Positions 56,960 to 63,255 of a stretch of 63,255 bases of DNA are shown here, in pieces. The position numbers and the translations under genes are program-made. This DNA is from an uncultured Chitinophagales bacterium (GTDB taxonomy: Bacteria; Bacteroidota; Ignavibacteria; UBA10030; UBA6906). The stretch covers positions 1 through 63,255 of the forward strand of contig CAZIKE010000005.1 of the NCBI GenBank assembly GCA_964539775.1, given 5' to 3'. How positions within the stretch are numbered: the stretch's first letter is position 1; every line of letters starts with the position of its first letter. The notes beneath the pieces were generated by a model. The model saw nothing but the letters and a program-made list of their open reading frames with translations. It searched no databases and was not told where the DNA came from.

Positions 56960-57362
56960 CGTCCTCCCCTTCCTCTCGCAGAAGCAGCGGCGAGGCGTGG
57001 TGGTGGATCATGCGCCAATCCCGGCCATCGTACTCGAAGATATTCGTGGCAACTAACTGGCCCGACCGGATCGTGTCCTCGGTAACATACTGCACCTCTT
57101 CAACCAGCGTGACGATGCCCGTTGTGCCGCGAATCTCGGCAACCACATTGCGCAGTGAGATTCTCGGATGGAACTCGGAAGCGAAAAGACTCTCCCAGCT
57201 CTGGCGTACCTCAGCCCATCCTTCCAGAAGCTGGCTGCCGGGATGGATGCACTTCACGGTTTCACTGTGGCTCCACACCGTATCGAGCGTCTCGAGGTCG
57301 GATTGCTCGAAGGCTTCGTAAAAGCGGGCATTCTGCAGCAGCAGTTTGTCTCGTTTCGTCAG
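56937..57362 (-). CDS. NTF2/SnoaL-like domain protein, probable CTG start
   Basis: The frame extends 28 codons upstream of the ORF-track GTG and encodes the family N-terminal helix (NARFYEAFEQSDLETLDTVW). CTG at 57362 sits 8 nt after AAGGA. Body has CIHPG..L.GW.EVR.SW and ATNIF..WRMIHHHAS. Confidence 0.8.
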   Translation of the reverse strand: MTKRDKLLLQNARFYEAFEQSDLETLDTVWSHSETVKCIHPGSQLLEGWAEVRQSWESLFASEFHPRISLRNVVAEIRGTTGIVTLVEEVQYVTEDTIRSGQLVATNIFEYDGRDWRMIHHHASPLLLREEGEDDEKYRYN

Positions 57363-57461
57363 GGGAATGTTCCTTGCTATGAGAAATCGGAAAAAATATA
57401 TTCATTCACTGTGCGAATAGCAACGCACCATTGTGAGACATTCCGAGGTCAACGAAGCGCC

Positions 57462-57803
57462 ATGCCTCCACTTCTGACGATCGACGTTGCCCATCCGCCG
57501 CGACCGGCCGATGTTGTTGAGCGTGAATTGCTCGAAGCATGGACCACCGTCCGCAACTCATCGTCACTGCGCGTCCTCAAGGTCGTTCACGGATACGGCA
57601 GTTCGGGTAAAGGCGGCACGACGCGCGAGGTTGTCCGCAACTGGGCGTTTGTCCATCGGAAACACTTCAAGGCGGTCATCGCGGGGGAGCAGTACGAGCT
57701 TTTCAACTCCGACGTGCAAGAGATGCGTCGGGACGTGGGGCAGTACACAGACCCTGATCTGCAGCAGGCCAATCCCGGCATCACGGTGATTTGGGTTCGA
57801 TGA
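57462..57803 (+). CDS. Stand-alone Smr-domain protein
   Basis: ATG at 57462. IDVAH and LKVVHGYGSSG.GG motifs; ends NPGITVIWV. Confidence 0.85.
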   Translation: MPPLLTIDVAHPPRPADVVERELLEAWTTVRNSSSLRVLKVVHGYGSSGKGGTTREVVRNWAFVHRKHFKAVIAGEQYELFNSDVQEMRRDVGQYTDPDLQQANPGITVIWVR

Positions 57804-57929
57804 CGTTCAGACGTCATCCCGAACGAGGATTTCTTTTGCGGCCTGGAATATGGTTTTGTATATTGAACCGACACGAGCCCATAGCTTTTCGTCTTTCATT
57901 TGCCGAACCACAGAATTCCCCACCCCCTC

Positions 57930-60134
57930 ATGCGAACCAGTATTCTCTTCACGCTCGTTCTGAGCGGAACGCTCTCGTCGGCACAGACACTCGACGTACG
58001 CGGCGTGGTTACCGATAGCGCGACGGGCGAGCGCATTCCTTACGCAAATATCACCGTCCGAGGAACCACGCGAGGCGCGTCTACCAACTTGAGTGGGTTC
58101 TACCTCATCACCGCTTTGCCTGTCGGCAACTATGAGCTTGCTGCCAGCGCAGTCGGCTACAGAACAGAGGTGCGCAAGGTCGTCGTTCGTGGTAGGGAAC
58201 CTGTGGTCGCCAACTTCAGGCTGTCGCAGCGGACGGTGGAGTTCTCGGAGATCATCGTCGAATCCGAGCGCATGGTCGAGAAGCTCGACGCTGCGAGTAT
58301 TCATGTGTTGGGAGAACAGCAGATCCTGGACGTCCCTTCGGCCGGCGTGCAGGATGTGTTCCGCTCGCTGACACTTCTGCCCGGCATTGTCTCCACGTCG
58401 GATGTCAGCTCGAAGTTTTTTGTTCGCGGCGGGGCAGGGGATCAGAATCTAATTCTCCTGGACGGGATGAGAATCTATAACCCCTTTCACGCGTTCGGTG
58501 TGTACAGCGTGTTTGACCCGGATATCATCAGTTCTGCCGAAGTGATGACCGGAGCGTTTCCGGCGGGGTACGGCAACAGGCTCTCCTCCGTCGTGAACCT
58601 TTCGACACGGCAGGGAAACTCCTCGCGCCTGGCAGGCCGCGCGGAAGCAAATTTCCTGAGCGGTAAGTTGATGCTCGAGGGGCCGATCAAAGGAGGCAAT
58701 AGCTGGCTTGCTGGCGCACGGACGTCGCTGACGGATCGCGGACTGAAGCATTTCCTTCGCAATCCTTCACCCATCTCGTTCTACGACGCGTTTCTCAAGG
58801 CGACCATCGGCAGCGAAACGGGCAGGAACAGTTTCCGCGGGTTCATCAGCGGCGACAACATCACCTCACCCAATCCGCAAGAGCCGGATCACTCCTGGCG
58901 CAGTCACGCACTTGCCGTTTCCCTCTCCGGCCTTGCCTACGAGCGGATTTACGTGGACGGCACGGTGTATTCAAGCAGCTTCACCATCCGTCGGGACACC
59001 AAGCAATCGAATGTCATCTTCCCCGCCGAGTCGCGTGTCGGCGATGACGGCATGCGCATCGACCTCACGATCCACACCGAGGAAAGCGGCCTGTTCAGGA
59101 CGGGCTTTCAGTTCGATCTTCCTGACTATGAGTTCAAGTTCACGACGAGCGCCAACACCCAACGAACCTTCCGAAGCACCGATACGGAGATCTGGCTCTG
59201 GCTCCGCCATCAAACCGACGCTGACCTCTTCCAAACCGATCTCGGCGTGCATATGGATGTCGTTTCGCTCGCCAGCAAGGGGCCAAGCCTCCAGGCGTTG
59301 CAGCCACGAGCAAGTCTGGCGCTGCGACTTTCAGACCTGTGGCGGGCGCGGGTCTCGTTCGGTGTGTACAACCAGCGCGTTATCACCATCAGCAATGAGG
59401 ATGACATCACGTCGTTGTTCGAAGCGTGGATTTCTCTGAGCGACCCCTTGCGCCCCGAAGAATCGCATCACTATGTCGTCGGCTTCGAAGGTCTCCTGAC
59501 CGATGTTCTGAGTATCGACGTGCAAGCGTACTACAAGAACTATCCCTCCCTCGTTCTCTACAACAGGGAGAAGTCCTTCCCCGAAGATCCTGATTACATC
59601 AACGGTAAGGGAAGGGCATACGGCGGTGAACTGCTCATGCGCTTCGCCTCGCCGTTGCTCGACGTGTATGCTTCCTACGCTCTGGGATGGACGCAGGTAA
59701 CCACCGGCGGCTTCACCTACGCGCCACGCTACGACCGACGCCACACGGTGAATGCCCTCGGCGTGCTTCATCCCATCAACAACCTCGACGTAGCCATCCG
59801 ATGGGAGTTCGGGAGCGGCTACCCGTTTACCCAAACCATCGGCTACTACGATCGTCTCCTGTTGGGCAGCCTCGGCAGTGGCGCCTGGTACGGGGAGATG
59901 GGGCTTCCCTATTCGATTTTGGGTGAGAAGAACGCCGCGCGTCTGCCCGATTACTATCGCATCGACGCAAGCGTGACGTATCACTTCACCTTCGACCCTC
60001 TCCGCGGCTCCATCGGTCTCAACGTCGCCAATCTCACCAATAGAAAGAATATCCTCTTCTATGATCGCAAGACCGGACAGAGGGTACACATGCTCGATTT
60101 CTTTCCTTCGGCAACGCTTCGTGTGGAGTATTGA
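57930..60134 (+). CDS. TonB-dependent receptor with N-terminal carboxypeptidase-regulatory-like domain
   Basis: Signal peptide from ATG at 57930. LLPGI, FVRGGAGDQNLILLDG and GAFPAGYGNRLSSV plug motifs; terminal ..TLRVEY. Confidence 0.92.
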   Translation: MRTSILFTLVLSGTLSSAQTLDVRGVVTDSATGERIPYANITVRGTTRGASTNLSGFYLITALPVGNYELAASAVGYRTEVRKVVVRGREPVVANFRLSQRTVEFSEIIVESERMVEKLDAASIHVLGEQQILDVPSAGVQDVFRSLTLLPGIVSTSDVSSKFFVRGGAGDQNLILLDGMRIYNPFHAFGVYSVFDPDIISSAEVMTGAFPAGYGNRLSSVVNLSTRQGNSSRLAGRAEANFLSGKLMLEGPIKGGNSWLAGARTSLTDRGLKHFLRNPSPISFYDAFLKATIGSETGRNSFRGFISGDNITSPNPQEPDHSWRSHALAVSLSGLAYERIYVDGTVYSSSFTIRRDTKQSNVIFPAESRVGDDGMRIDLTIHTEESGLFRTGFQFDLPDYEFKFTTSANTQRTFRSTDTEIWLWLRHQTDADLFQTDLGVHMDVVSLASKGPSLQALQPRASLALRLSDLWRARVSFGVYNQRVITISNEDDITSLFEAWISLSDPLRPEESHHYVVGFEGLLTDVLSIDVQAYYKNYPSLVLYNREKSFPEDPDYINGKGRAYGGELLMRFASPLLDVYASYALGWTQVTTGGFTYAPRYDRRHTVNALGVLHPINNLDVAIRWEFGSGYPFTQTIGYYDRLLLGSLGSGAWYGEMGLPYSILGEKNAARLPDYYRIDASVTYHFTFDPLRGSIGLNVANLTNRKNILFYDRKTGQRVHMLDFFPSATLRVEY

Positions 60135-60135
60135 G

Positions 60136-61029
60136 ATGAACACTCGGATCGCGCTCGCCGCACTGCTTCTGCTGGTTGCTGGACCGGCGTGCAAGGAGTC
60201 ATTCGAACCGAACGGCCCGTACACGGATCGCCTCATCGTGTACGGCGTGTTCACCGCGCAGAGCGACACGCAGTTCGTACGCGTCTACCGGACATACCCG
60301 CACCCCGGCAGCGCAGCAAGCACGGAGGTACTCGATGCGCAAGTCATCGTCATGCAGGGAGCCAACACCTTTCCGTTTCGTGATACAACGGTCGTGGACT
60401 CGCAGGCAACGCCGTCTCCCGTGAGACTCAAAGCCTACGTGGCGTACGGCCTAAGGCTGCAAGCGGGCCAGCAATACACGCTGATGGTTACCTCGCCCTC
60501 AATCGGCAATGCTTCTGCGCGCGCAACAGCGTTGTACCGCGGCTCGTTGATTACGGAGACCAACGTGCGCGGCGACATTACCGTGCGTGTCACCCTGGGC
60601 GAAAACGCGCGCGCGTTTTTGGTGAGGATGTATCTGGACTACCGCATCCGTCTCGACAGCATAACGCAGGTGGAACGACGCGTCGAGATTCCCGAGCGCA
60701 TTCTCCCCAATACGGGAGAGAGGGTTTACCCGCGGCCGGTCTCGCGTGAATACACCAGCGTGGGTTTCACCAGCGGAACCCTCGGCGTCATTCTTGCGGA
60801 ACTGCGCCGCACGAACCCGGGCAAGCCGATTCTTCCGTTGAAGACGGTCTTCGTGCTCACGCAGTTGGACGAAAGTCTCTACGCGTACTACAGCACGGCC
60901 AACCACTTTCCCGGTTCAGGCACGATTCGCCTGGACGAACCTGATTTCACCAACATTGAGGGAGGTCTCGGCGTGTTTGGTATGCTCTCTCAAACGACGT
61001 ACCTTGCCGACACAACGGGAAGCCCGTAG
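60136..61029 (+). CDS. DUF4249-like outer-membrane lipoprotein, partner of the TBDR
   Basis: Lipobox AGPA-C from ATG at 60136, 1 nt after the TBDR stop. C-terminal TNIEGGLGVFG motif. Confidence 0.8.
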   Translation: MNTRIALAALLLLVAGPACKESFEPNGPYTDRLIVYGVFTAQSDTQFVRVYRTYPHPGSAASTEVLDAQVIVMQGANTFPFRDTTVVDSQATPSPVRLKAYVAYGLRLQAGQQYTLMVTSPSIGNASARATALYRGSLITETNVRGDITVRVTLGENARAFLVRMYLDYRIRLDSITQVERRVEIPERILPNTGERVYPRPVSREYTSVGFTSGTLGVILAELRRTNPGKPILPLKTVFVLTQLDESLYAYYSTANHFPGSGTIRLDEPDFTNIEGGLGVFGMLSQTTYLADTTGSP

Positions 61030-61056
61030 AGAACGGATCACTTGCTCGAACCACTC

Positions 61057-62538
61057 TCACAACGTATGTTGGGTCGTATAGGCGGGAAGACGAAACTCGA
61101 ACCGCGTCCCCTGCTCTACGGCACTCTGCACGGTGACCTTTTCCCCATGCAGCTCAATGATCCGTCGCGTGATGGCCAGGCCCAGCCCGGCGCCGGCCTG
61201 GTGTTTTTCGCGTGACCGCGCCTGATAGAAGCGGTTAAAGATGTAGGGAAGGTCCTTTTCGGCAATGCCCACACCCGTGTCCTCGACAATTGCGCGCACT
61301 TTGCCGTCGGCCGGTTCCAGCACCACGCGCACGCTTCCGCCTGAGGGAGTGAAACGAATGGCATTCTCCAGAAGGTTCTGCATCGCACGTTCAATCATGG
61401 CGATGTCGCCTACCACCAACGGCAACCCCCGCGCCACTTCTGCGAAGATTCTGACACCGTTCTTTTCGGCTTGAGGCGCAAACTCTGCAACGAGGTCGTT
61501 GACCAGCTCCGGGAGGGAGAAGGGTTCGGGATGCGGTTGAGACTGTCTCGCTTCTAACTTGGAAAGCTCGAACAACTCCTGCACCAGTTTGTTGAGTCGC
61601 TCCGTACTGTCCAGTATCGTCTTCATGTAATGCTGTCGTTCGGCGTGCGTGAGTGTCTCCTCCTTCATCAGCACCGTCTCGATGTATCCCTGCACGGAAG
61701 CGAGAGGGGTACGAAGATCGTGTGAGACGTTGGCAATAAGCTCACGGCGGAGAGCATCCGCCTTGCTCAATTCCTCAACGTCCTTCTGGATCGTCTCGGC
61801 CATTTCGTTGAACGCCGCGGCCAGCTGATCTAACTCATCATCCGATGTCACCTCCACGCGTTGGGTATAGTCGCCCTCCTTGAACGCCCTGACCGTTTTC
61901 GTCATGCGGCGGAGCTTCTTCGTAACAAACGCAAGGGCCACGAGCCCGATCATTCCTGCAGCAATGAGACTGAGAAGCAAGCCACGCACACCAAGCGTCA
62001 GAATGTGACTTTCGCGAATTCGTTCGGCGATCGAGTCGTACTCCTCGCCACGCAGGATCACGTAGATATAGCCGTACACCATCCCGTGCATCATGACCGG
62101 CGCAGCAGAGAAGACTTTGGGCGTACGCACATCGCGCGGATTATCCCCCAACACCAATTTCTTCCCTGCGGATGCGAGAAACTCGGCAAGAGGCTCGAGG
62201 GAAACGCGTGAGAGGACGATCTTTTCCGGCGGCGCATCGTACGTCAGGATGGTGCCGGCAGAATCGAGCAGATACACTTCGACACTCGGATTTACCACCA
62301 TAACGTTATGAAAGAGTGTGTCCATGGCGCCGAGGTTGGGGCGACCGTTGACGAACGGCTGAATCTCGTCAACGATGTGCTGCGCGAGAGACGCGTTGAG
62401 ACGCTGACTCGTCTCGGCAAAGTACATTTCGGTGGAGAACAGTGTCAGGTAGATGTAGGCCGCCCCCACCAGCGAGAGGAGGATCAGGAAAACGGCCGAG
62501 AGCTTCCAGTAGAGACTTCTCACAAACCTCTTAAGCAT
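61057..62538 (-). CDS. HAMP-domain sensor histidine kinase
   Basis: Two TM helices flanking a periplasmic sensor; HAMP (DELDQLAAAFNEM); H-box NVSHDLRTPL; NLLENA, DTGVGI and GAGLGL. Confidence 0.95.
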   Translation of the reverse strand: MLKRFVRSLYWKLSAVFLILLSLVGAAYIYLTLFSTEMYFAETSQRLNASLAQHIVDEIQPFVNGRPNLGAMDTLFHNVMVVNPSVEVYLLDSAGTILTYDAPPEKIVLSRVSLEPLAEFLASAGKKLVLGDNPRDVRTPKVFSAAPVMMHGMVYGYIYVILRGEEYDSIAERIRESHILTLGVRGLLLSLIAAGMIGLVALAFVTKKLRRMTKTVRAFKEGDYTQRVEVTSDDELDQLAAAFNEMAETIQKDVEELSKADALRRELIANVSHDLRTPLASVQGYIETVLMKEETLTHAERQHYMKTILDSTERLNKLVQELFELSKLEARQSQPHPEPFSLPELVNDLVAEFAPQAEKNGVRIFAEVARGLPLVVGDIAMIERAMQNLLENAIRFTPSGGSVRVVLEPADGKVRAIVEDTGVGIAEKDLPYIFNRFYQARSREKHQAGAGLGLAITRRIIELHGEKVTVQSAVEQGTRFEFRLPAYTTQHTL

Positions 62539-62549
62539 ACAGGATGCAG

Positions 62550-63254
62550 TTACTCCTCCTCCGCAAACTTATAGCCCACCCCCCAGACGGTTTGGATGTA
62601 TTTCGGACTTGCCGGATCATCTTCGATTTTGGCGCGGAGCCGATTGATGTGCGAATTCACCGTGTGATCATAGCCATCGAACTGATACCCCCAGACGGTG
62701 TTCAAAAGACTTTGACGTGTGTACGCTTTGCCGGGGTTGCGCGCAAAGAGTGTAAGAAGATCGAATTCCTTTGCCGTCAGGTCCACTTTCGCGCCGCGGA
62801 GCCTGACGGTCCGTTTCTCCGTATCGATGACCAGGTCACCGAACTGGATGACCTTTTTTCCCTTTCCCTCAACATCATCCTTCACAGCCTCGACGCGCCG
62901 GAAGATTGCCTTGACGCGCGCAAGCAGTTCCCGCACGCTGAAGGGCTTCGTCAGGTAGTCATCGGCCCCCACTTCAAGACCCAGCACCTTGTCCAGCTCC
63001 TCCGCGCGCGAGGTCAGCATCAGGATCGGCGTATAGTTCTTCTCCGAGCGAACCTCCTTGCAAATCTCCATCCCGTCCACACCCGGCAGCATGATGTCGA
63101 GAATGATCAGGTCGTATTTGTTCTTGAGCGCCTTCTCCAACCCCACTTCGCCATCGGCGGCATGGTCGCACGCGCATCCCATGTCCTTGAGGTGCAGGGT
63201 GACGAGTTCCTGAATGTCCTTGTCATCCTCGACAATAAGAACCTTGCGTTGCAT
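62550..63254 (-). CDS. OmpR/PhoB-family DNA-binding response regulator
   Basis: LIVEDD, LDIMLP, GADDYLTKPF; winged-helix HTVNSHINRLRAKIE..TVWGVGY. Confidence 0.96.
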   Translation of the reverse strand: MQRKVLIVEDDKDIQELVTLHLKDMGCACDHAADGEVGLEKALKNKYDLIILDIMLPGVDGMEICKEVRSEKNYTPILMLTSRAEELDKVLGLEVGADDYLTKPFSVRELLARVKAIFRRVEAVKDDVEGKGKKVIQFGDLVIDTEKRTVRLRGAKVDLTAKEFDLLTLFARNPGKAYTRQSLLNTVWGYQFDGYDHTVNSHINRLRAKIEDDPASPKYIQTVWGVGYKFAEEE

Positions 63255-63255
63255 G

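Overview
63 kb window from a fairly GC-rich bacterium of the FCB group. It is most consistent with Ignavibacteria or close relatives, based on T9SS-type C-terminal sorting domains, Bacteroidota/Chlorobi-type RpoC and 89-aa S14, but E. coli-like TTGACA/TATAnT promoters and strong SD sites. (1) 5-11533, minus strand: an outer-membrane module of a CHRD/DUF4397 lipoprotein, a TonB-dependent receptor, a ~1156-aa T9SS-CTD protein, a PorV/PorQ-family beta-barrel and an Asp-box T9SS-CTD protein. It lies behind a near-consensus sigma70 promoter and a ~415-nt leader. (2) 12027-15623: serA, a class-V aminotransferase and engB. (3) 15679-47796: one contiguous core superoperon (Thr-Tyr-Gly-Thr tRNAs, rpmG, tRNA-Trp, secE, nusG, rplKAJL, rpoBC, str, S10, spc, alpha). 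A tRNA-Gln sits inside the spc operon and there is no tufB. rpmG and rpmJ were found by hand because they are below the ORF-track cutoff. (4) 48101-63254: a CusF-SCO lipoprotein, a GH13 with a GH2-N-like domain, two DUF1624-like acyltransferases, a receiver-only protein, hpnCDE squalene genes behind an NTF2-like gene, a stand-alone Smr protein, a TBDR plus DUF4249-like lipoprotein, and an OmpR/HAMP two-component pair. The best candidates for something undescribed are the TBDR/T9SS-cargo/PorV module and its lipoprotein, whose three CHRD domains appear nested inside one another. No CRISPR array, rRNA or mobile element was seen. Domain names come from motif recognition only; no database search was run.
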